Source: a virus
Lineage: Duplodnaviria > Caudoviricetes
IMG/VR virus record: IMGVR_UViG_3300033121_002239
Location: 9,025-73,024 of that record
Reading direction: 5' to 3' (one strand)
Length of the DNA: 64,000 nt
Every line of letters starts with the position of its first letter. Within the stretch, counting starts at the first letter, position 1. The notes under the pieces are model-generated. The model searched no databases. It was not told where the DNA came from and saw only the letters and a program-made list of their open reading frames with translations. This document shows positions 25,432 to 33,675 of this stretch, piece by piece. Position numbers and translations under genes: made by a program.

Positions 25432-27077
25432 GCCCCTGCGTCGGTGTCACCCGCGGCGGGGGCTTCGGCGCCGTCGCCTCCACCGCCCTCCGTGGGCGTC
25501 GTCGCGCCGTCGCCCGTGTCCGCGCTCGACCCCGCGACCTTCGTCACCGCGCCGAGGGCCTTCGTCACGTCCGCGGGCAGGAGGAGGTTCTTGGTGAGCG
25601 CGTCGAGGAGCACCGCGGGCACCTTGCGCCAGCTCTCGGGCGACGAGAGTTCGACGCCGAGGAGCGGCTCCAGAAGGTCGGCGACGTTCGCCACCGTGAG
25701 GACACCCGCCTTGATGCCGACCTCGATGACCTTCAGGAGCTGCTCCTCCGAGAGGAGCGGCGGACCCTTCGTGATCACGCGGCAGTGCCGCGCGCCGAGT
25801 TCGGGAAGGACGAAGCTGTTCAAGAGTTCGTCCTCGTCCGCGCGCTCCGGCGCGAACACCTGCTCCTCGGCGACTTGTCTGGCCGCTTGCGCGGTAGCGA
25901 AATTGTACTCCTCGCTGCGGCCCATGAAGATCGGGGGGAGGCGGAAGGCCATCGCCACGTCCTCGACGCAGCGGGTGCGGTATTCGAGGAACTGCGCGTC
26001 GGTCTGCGCGGCCTTGGTGAGGTCCTTGAAGTCGATCCGCGGCACGGCGCCCGGCCGTGCGATCGCCATCGGGTCGGCGGGGTCGGAGGTCGTGTCGGAC
26101 TTCGCTTCGAGGATGAGCGGGACGTGGCGGTTCGCGCGCCCCTTCACCGTCGCGAAGTGCTCCTTGAGACGTTCCACCACGTCATCGTCGAGCGTCGCGC
26201 CCTGCACGAGGATCGCCATCGGGGGGATGGCGTTGTTGTCGAAGATATCGACGTTCACCTCGCCCGCCGCGGCGCGACCGGCCGCGCTCGACGCCGCGCC
26301 GCGCCAGCATGGCTTTCCGTACACGCTCCCGGGCTCGTACCGGGTGAGGTTCAAGACCTCCGACGCGAGGTCCTGGGGCGATGCGTTCGGGTCCTCGTCG
26401 CCCGTGTCGGCGCGCAACGGCCTCGGGTCGCCCAACTCCTTGAACCACACCGTTCGGCCGTTGACGTACTGCGCGAAGCGCCGGAAGCGCCGGTACTGCG
26501 TGACCTTCTGGAAGGCGCCGTTCGCGTCGCGCACCCACCGCGCGGTCTCGACGATCGCGCGGTCCCACCGGGTCTTGCGCATCGTGTAGGTGGGGCAGTG
26601 GTCGAGCCCCACGAGGCGCCCCTTCGCGTCGCGCAGGACCTCGTAGTAGCCGTCGCCGAACACCGCCAGGTCCTTCCGCACACGCTTGCGGGCGGCGGTG
26701 AAGCTCCCGATCGACGACGCGGCGTCGAACCAGGTCTTGAGCTTCTGGCGCTCCGCCTCGATCGCGTCGCTGAGGTTCGGGGGCGGCGCGGCGAGAAGGG
26801 GCACGAACTGCACGCCGAACGAGCACGTGTTGACGGTCATCGCGTCGACGGCCGACTGGAGCACGTCCGAGTCGTCATAGCGGCGCTGCACGACGGCGTA
26901 GGGGTAGGGCGGCTCGATGAGTCCGTGAAGGCCGTACTGATCGGCGAAGGGGTCGAGCTGCTTCGACGCGCCCGCCTTGGCCGCCTCGGGCGTGACGCCG
27001 GTCTCCAGGGGGAGGATGCGGACCTTGACGGTGGCGGTGGGCTTCGCGCGCTTCTGCGATCGTCGGGGCTTCGTCAC
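25428..27077 (-). CDS. Portal protein (PBSX family)
   Basis: YEPGSVYGKP, FDNNAIP, DAQFLEYR..VAMAFRLPPIFMG..NFATA..EQVFAPE. Confidence 0.88.
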   Translation of the reverse strand: MTKPRRSQKRAKPTATVKVRILPLETGVTPEAAKAGASKQLDPFADQYGLHGLIEPPYPYAVVQRRYDDSDVLQSAVDAMTVNTCSFGVQFVPLLAAPPPNLSDAIEAERQKLKTWFDAASSIGSFTAARKRVRKDLAVFGDGYYEVLRDAKGRLVGLDHCPTYTMRKTRWDRAIVETARWVRDANGAFQKVTQYRRFRRFAQYVNGRTVWFKELGDPRPLRADTGDEDPNASPQDLASEVLNLTRYEPGSVYGKPCWRGAASSAAGRAAAGEVNVDIFDNNAIPPMAILVQGATLDDDVVERLKEHFATVKGRANRHVPLILEAKSDTTSDPADPMAIARPGAVPRIDFKDLTKAAQTDAQFLEYRTRCVEDVAMAFRLPPIFMGRSEEYNFATAQAARQVAEEQVFAPERADEDELLNSFVLPELGARHCRVITKGPPLLSEEQLLKVIEVGIKAGVLTVANVADLLEPLLGVELSSPESWRKVPAVLLDALTKNLLLPADVTKALGAVTKVAGSSADTGDGATTPTEGGGGDGAEAPAAGDTDAGA

Positions 27078-27100
27078 GCCCCTTCGGGCGAGTCACCCGA

Positions 27101-27571
27101 TCAGGTGTAGTCCGACGAGACGGTCGTGCGCAGGGTGTAGCCCGCGCGGGTCGTCGCGGCGGCGCGCAGGGCCACCACCTCGGTGCGCAGCGCTTCGGCG
27201 TAGCTGCGGAGCTGCACGACCTCGAGGCGCAGCGCTTCGAGGTAGTTCCGCGCCTGCACGACCTCGGCGCGCAGGGCGTTGATCGTGTTGCGGTCGGCGG
27301 TGTTCTCGGGGCCTGTCGGCGCGGCGGGGTCGCCGTACGCGGAGAGGGCGCTGTTCAGCGCGGCGTCGATCGTCGGGACCGTGGTGCCCGCGGGCGAGGT
27401 GACGGTCGGGACCGCGACGCCCGCGGGCGAGGTGATCGTCGAGGGGGCGGTGCCCTTCAGTCGGTTCACGTCGTACGCGAGGCCGTTGAGGAGCGTCTTG
27501 ACGTCGGGCGAACCGTGGCCCGGGTTGAGGCCCGCGCCGCCCGTACCGAAGTTCTGGGGGATTGCGACCAT
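27101..27571 (-). CDS. Putative head fibre/decoration protein with coiled-coil repeats
   Basis: Thr/Pro-rich repeats followed by 14-residue repeats (ALRxEVVQ). Confidence 0.45.
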   Translation of the reverse strand: MVAIPQNFGTGGAGLNPGHGSPDVKTLLNGLAYDVNRLKGTAPSTITSPAGVAVPTVTSPAGTTVPTIDAALNSALSAYGDPAAPTGPENTADRNTINALRAEVVQARNYLEALRLEVVQLRSYAEALRTEVVALRAAATTRAGYTLRTTVSSDYT

Positions 27572-27605
27572 GGGGTGGGGTGATCCTTTCGGACCTTCCG
27601 CCCGG

Positions 27606-28172
27606 TCACCCCCGGAGGCGCGCGGGCCACTTCCCGCCGCGGTGGGACGTCGACGCGAGGAAGCGCCACCAGGGCCCTGCGCCTCCGCGGGACTCGTAGA
27701 AGTCCCGCACGGCCCCCACGACCTCGGTGTAGAGCGCGGCGAACTGCCAGTGGTCGGGCATCGACTGCGCGAGGTCCTCGGCGTCGTCGAGGCGGAGGAA
27801 GAACGCGTGCCAGGGCGCGCAGTGTGGGGGCTTCGCGCGCGTGTCGTCGCGGTCGATCCGCTCGACCTCGATCCCGAGCTTGCGCTCGCGCGCGACGAGG
27901 AGCGCCCGGTCCCAGACGAAGCACCCGCCGTCCGCGAGCCGCCGGTTGAGGATCGCCGCGCGCTGGTGCGCGAGGCTCGCGGCGTGCTGCGCGATCACGT
28001 GCGCGGGCGGCTCCGGGGCGAGGCCCGAGTCGTCGAGGAGGCGCTGTCCGCGCGGGATGCCGTGCGCGCCCTCCCGGCGGAGCGTGCGGCCGCACGTCTC
28101 ACAACGACACCGGGACTCGGCGGGCTGCGTGACGAACCGGGCCGTGGTCGGGACGAGGACGAGCGCGCTCAC
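27606..28172 (-). CDS. Hypothetical protein
   Basis: GTGA-coupled; CRCETCG near the N-terminus. Confidence 0.5.
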   Translation of the reverse strand: MSALVLVPTTARFVTQPAESRCRCETCGRTLRREGAHGIPRGQRLLDDSGLAPEPPAHVIAQHAASLAHQRAAILNRRLADGGCFVWDRALLVARERKLGIEVERIDRDDTRAKPPHCAPWHAFFLRLDDAEDLAQSMPDHWQFAALYTEVVGAVRDFYESRGGAGPWWRFLASTSHRGGKWPARLRG

Positions 28173-29128
28173 CAGAGCCCCTCGCCGTAGGGGTGCGGGA
28201 CCTCGGGGGCAGGCGAAGTACTCGGCGCGGCCTCGTCCACCGGGGCGACGTGGCCGACGAGCGCACCCTCGGCGGTGAAGACCTCGACGCGCGCCGTCGG
28301 GAGGTGGCGCTGCACCTCGATCGCGTGCTCGACGCGACGCCGCACGACCAGGCCCTCGGCGTCCTCGAAGGGGTCGCCCGAGGGCGGGATCGGGACGGTC
28401 GCGACGATGCGCTCGCCGGTCGTGTCGTGCACCCAGGTGTGGCGCCAGCAGAAGTCCGTCGCGAGCCCCACCCCTCCGTTGCCCTCGCGGCGCGTGTGGT
28501 GGGGCTTCGTCGCGAACTCCACCCCGTTCGCACCGTCGATGTGCCGCTGGCCGCACGCGGGGCAGAGGATGACCTCCCGCGGCAGGCCATCGGCACACGC
28601 GCGCTGAAGGCGGTCCCGCTCGACACGTACCGCGTCGAGGGCCTTCCCTGACACGAGCCGCGTCCCCTCGACCTCGATCTCCCGGTCGGCGCTCGCGCAC
28701 ACATACCGCACGGCGTCATCCAGGGCTTCGAGCTCCTGCTTCTTCTTCTGCGCGCGCAGCACGTCGAGGATGAAGGGATAGTCGCGGGGCTTGGCGGAGT
28801 CGCGCACCTCCTCGGCCGTGCCCCACCACGCCTCCGCCGCGTCGTCCCCCGCGACGAGCTCACCGTCGGCGTCGGCTTCGACGATGTAGAGGGTGTAGGT
28901 CGGCTGCTTGTCCACGCCGAGGAGCCGCCCGATGCGGGTCACGGTGAGGCCCGTCTCTTCACGGATCTCGCGGATAAGGGCTTCGTCCAGGGTCTCGCCC
29001 GGTTCGAGCCTGCCGCCCGGGGTGAGCACGTAGCCGTTCTTCTTCGAGCGGATGAGGCACACCTTGCCGTCGCGGACGATGATCGCGGCGACGGCCGTGA
29101 CAGGTGCGTGGGTCGTGGTGTCGTTCAT
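28169..29128 (-). CDS. Nudix hydrolase with C-terminal extension
   Basis: Nudix box GGRLEPGETLDEALIREIREETGL; C-terminal CPACG..HID segment. Confidence 0.85.
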   Translation of the reverse strand: MNDTTTHAPVTAVAAIIVRDGKVCLIRSKKNGYVLTPGGRLEPGETLDEALIREIREETGLTVTRIGRLLGVDKQPTYTLYIVEADADGELVAGDDAAEAWWGTAEEVRDSAKPRDYPFILDVLRAQKKKQELEALDDAVRYVCASADREIEVEGTRLVSGKALDAVRVERDRLQRACADGLPREVILCPACGQRHIDGANGVEFATKPHHTRREGNGGVGLATDFCWRHTWVHDTTGERIVATVPIPPSGDPFEDAEGLVVRRRVEHAIEVQRHLPTARVEVFTAEGALVGHVAPVDEAAPSTSPAPEVPHPYGEGLW

Positions 29129-29442
29129 GGTCGTGGCCCTCCTTGATCGGCCGCGACCGTCGCTTTCAAGACCCGATCCACGGCCAGGAACCACTCGTGC
29201 GAACCTCGGCTCCCGCTCCGCCGGAGGAGCACACTGTCGAACTCCCAGAGGGCGGCCACGTGGTCGAGCGCGTGCTCCTCGCAGGCGCCGCACACAGGGA
29301 GCGTGACGTTCGTCGCGCCGAGTCGATACGCCTCCACGGCGGGCTGCACCTCGCAGAGCGCGCACCGCTCGCCCGGGGCCACGGTGAAGCTGTACCCGGC
29401 CATGGTGTTCAGGGGCGACGTGGGCTCCACCGGAAGCGGCAC
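29125..29442 (-). CDS. Small zinc-finger protein
   Basis: CALC...CGAC. Confidence 0.5.
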   Translation of the reverse strand: MPLPVEPTSPLNTMAGYSFTVAPGERCALCEVQPAVEAYRLGATNVTLPVCGACEEHALDHVAALWEFDSVLLRRSGSRGSHEWFLAVDRVLKATVAADQGGPRP

Positions 29443-30410
29443 ACGACGAGTTGGGTGTGAAGGTCGCTGAGCTTGCGCACCACGCCGACCGCCGGGAGGC
29501 GCCGGTCGTAGTGGGTCCTCGCACGCTCAAGGAGCGCGGTGAGCGTCGTGGTGTCGTACCCCTCGGCCACGCCCCAGAAGCCGTCCGCGTCCTCCTGGGT
29601 GAGCCGCTCGGTCTCGCCGCGCAGGTAGCGTTGCGCGGCGTCGGTGCGCGAGATCGCGTACACCACACGCGCCTCGCGATCGGTGAGCGGCCCTCGGTCG
29701 ATCGGCTGGGCGGGGGCGGGCACGGTCGCAGGCGGAGGGACAGGAGGAGCGCTCTCCACGACGATCCCGCGGGCCTTGCGGCGCTCGCGGTCCACGTCGA
29801 TCCCGTAGGACTTCACGAGGCGGTAGATGCTCGAGCGCGAAATATCGAGCTCCTTTGCCGTGCGACGGAGGTTGTACCCGGTCTCCACCAGTGTGCGCTC
29901 GATCGTGATGCGCTTCTGCATGGCGAGCGAGGTGCCGCCCGAACCCGTCGCGTGTCGCGCGAACGTGCGGAGCCGCTTCAAGCGGACGCGTCGCAGCCGA
30001 CGCACGATGCGCTTCCGTCGCGGCGCGGGGGCGGCCTCGGGCGCGTCGGCGACGGGGAGGGCCTGCGCCGCGCCGTGGCCCTCCGCCGTGAGCCGCAGGC
30101 CGCCCTTCTCCCGCGCGAAGTAGCCCTGCCCCACGAGACCCGCCGTACCGCACACGCGCACGCGGATCTTCACGTGGTCGGGGTGCTCGGGGAAGCCCTG
30201 AAGCGCGAAGGCGCTCGGGTAGAGGTGGTGCGCGGCGACCGCGAGGTCTTCGGTCGAGAAGACGGGGAGCCGCGCGGAGAGCTTCGCCGCGGCGGCGAGG
30301 AGCATGGCGGCGTGCGAGTGGGTGGACACGCGGGGTGGGGCGGCGCTCTCTTCGACGCGCTCTCCTTCGTCACCGCACGTGCCGCTGTACTCGTTGAGAG
30401 CGTCGTGCAT
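29409..30410 (-). CDS. Winged-helix-like protein with internal Fis-type HTH
   Basis: FSTEDLAVAAH..PSAFALQGF..GLVGQG..LT; ETGYNLRRTAKELDISRSSIYRLVK; LTQEDADGFWG. Confidence 0.55.
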   Translation of the reverse strand: MHDALNEYSGTCGDEGERVEESAAPPRVSTHSHAAMLLAAAAKLSARLPVFSTEDLAVAAHHLYPSAFALQGFPEHPDHVKIRVRVCGTAGLVGQGYFAREKGGLRLTAEGHGAAQALPVADAPEAAPAPRRKRIVRRLRRVRLKRLRTFARHATGSGGTSLAMQKRITIERTLVETGYNLRRTAKELDISRSSIYRLVKSYGIDVDRERRKARGIVVESAPPVPPPATVPAPAQPIDRGPLTDREARVVYAISRTDAAQRYLRGETERLTQEDADGFWGVAEGYDTTTLTALLERARTHYDRRLPAVGVVRKLSDLHTQLVVCRFRWSPRRP

Positions 30411-30412
30411 GG

Positions 30413-30733
30413 TCAAGCCTGCTGGAGCTTCTGGAGGTTGGTGATCGTGGTGGTGAGGAGCGACTCCGCCTTGCGCAGGAGGACGGGGATCGCCGTCTCG
30501 AACGCGGGCGGCGTCGGATTGCGAAACGGCTCGGTGAAGGTGTTCACGCTGACTTGTCCCACGACGCCAGGGGCGTCGGTGAGGCCACCCAGGACCACCG
30601 AGGCGCGCGCCTCGTAGCGATACCCTTGGCGGTCGTCTGCGAATCTCCATGCCTCCAGACGGAGGACGGTGAGCGCGTGCGGGAAGTGGTTGAGGGCGGA
30701 GAGGATCAGTTGCAATCGATCGGCTTCGGTCAT
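30413..30733 (-). CDS. Hypothetical protein
   Basis: ATGA-coupled ORF. Confidence 0.5.
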   Translation of the reverse strand: MTEADRLQLILSALNHFPHALTVLRLEAWRFADDRQGYRYEARASVVLGGLTDAPGVVGQVSVNTFTEPFRNPTPPAFETAIPVLLRKAESLLTTTITNLQKLQQA

Positions 30734-31533
30734 GCCCCGCGCTGTCGCAAAACGCGGTCCATCGCGGGGTAGAGGTCGCCCGCGAGGACATCGGAGAGCC
30801 CCGCGCGCTGGCCGTCGTTGATCTCGATGACGATCCAGTCGCCCGCGGCCGTGCGCGCCACGTCGAGGGCGTAGAAGCGCAGGCGGGGGTGGACGCGGGC
30901 GAGGGCCTCGCGGAGGAAGTCCGCGGGGATCTCCGAGGCGGGCGGCGGGTCGCGCACGGTGCAGTCCTCGGGCGGCCAGTAGAAGCCCCGGCCGACGACC
31001 TCGCGGTCGAGCACGAACACCCGGAACTCCGTCGAGACCGGGCACCCGCCGAAGCCCTCCCCGAGGCGCTCCAGGGGCACGTAGCGCCGCGCGACGATCG
31101 TCTGCGCGCGCATCCCCGTGTCGCGCTGAAGGAGGCTGCGAAGGTCGATCGCGGCGGCCTTCGTCGGCGCGTGCATCCGCTCCCAGGACCCTTTGTCCGC
31201 GCTCGCCCCCTTCACGATGAAGGCCGTCCCGTCGTCGGGGAGCTGCGCGAAGTCCTCCCAGGTGTCGGGCGTGACGCCGCGGAGGTCGTCGGCCCACCGG
31301 GCGGGGTCGGCGGCGTAGCGGTAGGCCCACCCGTCGTTGAGGAGCCGCGCGCCGAGGCGGGCCACGTCGGCGTCGAGGCGACGCTCCCACGGCCAGGCGT
31401 AGTGTCGGGCGTACACGAGGTCGCCCGCGCGCACGTCGAGGACGGAGGTCACCGGGCGCCACCCGAGGGCCTGCGCGGCGGCGAGCTCGTCGGGGTCGAG
31501 CTGCGAGGGTTCGTGGAGGAAGACGACGTTCAT
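30730..31533 (-). CDS. ATP-grasp protein (R2K clade/DUF4343-like)
   Basis: FIVKG, VARRYV, EFRVFV, FYALDVA..WIVIEINDGQ.AG. Confidence 0.8.
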   Translation of the reverse strand: MNVVFLHEPSQLDPDELAAAQALGWRPVTSVLDVRAGDLVYARHYAWPWERRLDADVARLGARLLNDGWAYRYAADPARWADDLRGVTPDTWEDFAQLPDDGTAFIVKGASADKGSWERMHAPTKAAAIDLRSLLQRDTGMRAQTIVARRYVPLERLGEGFGGCPVSTEFRVFVLDREVVGRGFYWPPEDCTVRDPPPASEIPADFLREALARVHPRLRFYALDVARTAAGDWIVIEINDGQRAGLSDVLAGDLYPAMDRVLRQRGA

Positions 31534-32189
31534 GCCGCCGAGTCTGCAACGTCCTGGCCGAGGAAGGGCCCCGCGCCCCACGACCACGCGCGGAGGAGTA
31601 TCCGGTTCGTCTCGTGGGGCGGGGGCGGCGGGCCGTTGCGCCAGCGCTCGATGCGCGCGGCGTGACCGGCCTCGATGAGCGAGCGGGCGCGGTGCTGGAG
31701 GTTTGCGAGGTCGAAGCCCGCGCGGGTGAGGGCGATCCCGAGGCCGTTCCATTGCCACTCGCGCGGCTTCCCGAGGAGGTTCCAGAGCTCATACGAGGCG
31801 CCCGAGGGCGAGATCCACAGGGGGTGGAGCGGGTCCTCGCGCACGCCCGGCTGCGGCGTCCACTCGTTCTCGCGGAGCCATGGGGTCCAGGCGTGGCGCC
31901 AGAGCGCGCGCCAGTACCCCCCGGCCTGGAACCGCACCTTCTTTTGCCCTCGGAAGACGGCCGTGTGGAGACCAAACCGGCCCGTGTAGGGGTTCCGCCG
32001 GAACTCGTGCACGAGGGCGTAGCCATGCAGGCGGAGGAAGGTCTCGGGGTCGAGGAGGAGCCGCTCGTCGATCGCGGCGGCGAGCTGGACGAGCGGGTGC
32101 TGCACGGCCTGGTGGTAGACCGTCGGCCACAGGCCGTGCGCGTCGAGGACGGGCACCTCGATCACCTTGCGGGCGGTCTCATCGCTCAT
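31530..32189 (-). CDS. Hypothetical Trp-rich protein
   Basis: ATG start, coupled. Confidence 0.55.
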   Translation of the reverse strand: MSDETARKVIEVPVLDAHGLWPTVYHQAVQHPLVQLAAAIDERLLLDPETFLRLHGYALVHEFRRNPYTGRFGLHTAVFRGQKKVRFQAGGYWRALWRHAWTPWLRENEWTPQPGVREDPLHPLWISPSGASYELWNLLGKPREWQWNGLGIALTRAGFDLANLQHRARSLIEAGHAARIERWRNGPPPPPHETNRILLRAWSWGAGPFLGQDVADSAA

Positions 32190-32463
32190 GGGTCTCTCCC
32201 TCGGCGTCCTCCTCGTAGGTCGGGGCGTGCAGCGTGACGAGCTCGGCGCCGTCGACGAAGTCGCGGACGAAGGCCGCGCAGAGGGCGGCGACGAGGAGGT
32301 CGTCGTAGCTGTCGAACTCCAGCGGCGTGACGGTCGTGAGGACGCCGCGGAGCATCACCGTGCACCCGTGCGGGGAGCTCACGGTGTCGATCCAGGCCCA
32401 CACGTCGCCGAGCTCGGTCGTGATGCGCCACGGGCGCAGGAAGGCGCGGCGGATCGCGCTCAT
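32179..32463 (-). CDS. Hypothetical protein
   Basis: Coupled small ORF. Confidence 0.5.
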   Translation of the reverse strand: MSAIRRAFLRPWRITTELGDVWAWIDTVSSPHGCTVMLRGVLTTVTPLEFDSYDDLLVAALCAAFVRDFVDGAELVTLHAPTYEEDAEGETHER

Positions 32464-32903
32464 GGTTGCGTGTTCGCGCACGCGAAGATGCCGCACAGGT
32501 ACGCGGTCAGCTCCTCGCGGTTGAGCTCGACCTCGCCCGCCTCGATCCGCCGCACGTGCTCCACGTCCGCGAACCGGCGCACCTGCGCGAGGGCACCGGG
32601 CGAGGCGTGGAAGGTCTCGCGGAGGCAGCGCAGGCTCTCCCCGACCTCCCGGCGCCTCATCCCCGCGCGGGAGGTCGAGCGCCCAAGAAGGTCGTCGATC
32701 GGGCGGCCCGTGACCTTGGAGAGCCGCGTGAGGAGCCCCACCCCGACGCCGCACCGACCGTTGAGCACGTCCGAGACGCTCGCCTTCGTCCACCCGATCG
32801 CTTGGGCCGTCTTGCGCGTGTGACGGCCGTTCTGTTCGTAGAGCTCGGTGAGCACCCCGCGAAGGTGGGTGAGCTCCCGCTCGGTGAGGGGCGTGGCTCT
32901 CAC
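32460..32903 (-). CDS. XRE-family (tandem) HTH regulator
   Basis: TAQAIGWTKASVSDVLNGRCGVG..LSKVTGRPIDDLL, plus a second HTH-like half. Confidence 0.65.
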   Translation of the reverse strand: MRATPLTERELTHLRGVLTELYEQNGRHTRKTAQAIGWTKASVSDVLNGRCGVGVGLLTRLSKVTGRPIDDLLGRSTSRAGMRRREVGESLRCLRETFHASPGALAQVRRFADVEHVRRIEAGEVELNREELTAYLCGIFACANTQP

Positions 32904-33559
32904 GCGGCCGCACCGACGGGCGTGAGGTGGACGAGGAGGTAGCGCCACACGGAGCTGCGCGTGCCCCGGTAGCGGTGGTTGCGCGTGAGGTTCACCCAGA
33001 CGCGGGCGCCGGCGGTGAGCCGCTCGCGGTACTTCTCCTGATCGCAGACGATCCAGAAGCGGCGGACGCGTCGCGTGCCGTCGATGCCGCGCGCCCGCAC
33101 GGTGAGGTGGACGACGGGCACCTGCACTTCGAGGTCGCCGTTGCGATCGACGACGGTCTCCTGCCGCACCTCGTCGAGCGTCCCGACGGCGGTGATCCAC
33201 CAGCCGTCTTCCGGGGCCGGTGGCGGCGGCGCGGGGGGCGAGGGCGGGACCGCGGCCGGATCGACCCGACCGAGCGCGCGGAGGAACACCCGGTCGGCTG
33301 CGTCGAACGTCGTGCGCAGCGCCTCGGCGAGGTACGACGCGAGGGACTTCTGACACCCCGTCGCGTGGGTGCCGCCGAGGGCGACGAGACGCTCGCGCCA
33401 CGCGAGCCAGAGGCGCACGGCGGCGTCGAGCGAGCGCACCTTCGAGGCGTCGGCGTGGAAGGCCAGCACCGCATCGGGCGGGACGTCAAGGTCGTGGGAA
33501 GGGGCGGGGAGAGAGCCCGCGGGCGGGTCGGGGATCGGATCGAAGTCGAGGTCGTTCAT
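32900..33559 (-). CDS. Hypothetical protein
   Basis: First gene of the inserted block. Confidence 0.55.
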   Translation of the reverse strand: MNDLDFDPIPDPPAGSLPAPSHDLDVPPDAVLAFHADASKVRSLDAAVRLWLAWRERLVALGGTHATGCQKSLASYLAEALRTTFDAADRVFLRALGRVDPAAVPPSPPAPPPPAPEDGWWITAVGTLDEVRQETVVDRNGDLEVQVPVVHLTVRARGIDGTRRVRRFWIVCDQEKYRERLTAGARVWVNLTRNHRYRGTRSSVWRYLLVHLTPVGAAA

Positions 33560-33604
33560 GCCCCGCGCAGGAGCACGGAGCGGGCCACGGTCACCCTCTC
33601 ACAC

Positions 33605-33672
33605 GCTCCGTTCTTTCGCTTCGTGTGTCCTGAAACGCGTGTTTGAACCCGAGGCTACCGAAAGAACGGAGC
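33605..33672. repeat. Perfect 14-bp inverted repeat with 40-nt spacer after terL
   Basis: GCTCCGTTCTTTCG (33605-33618) / CGAAAGAACGGAGC (33659-33672). Confidence 0.85.
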
Positions 33673-33675
33673 AAT

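Noticed and set aside
16692-26589. Very long opposite-strand ORFs (for example 16692..19199, 23764..26589, 33781..35643)
   Set aside because: Antisense shadows of real genes, expected in high-GC DNA where stop codons are rare.
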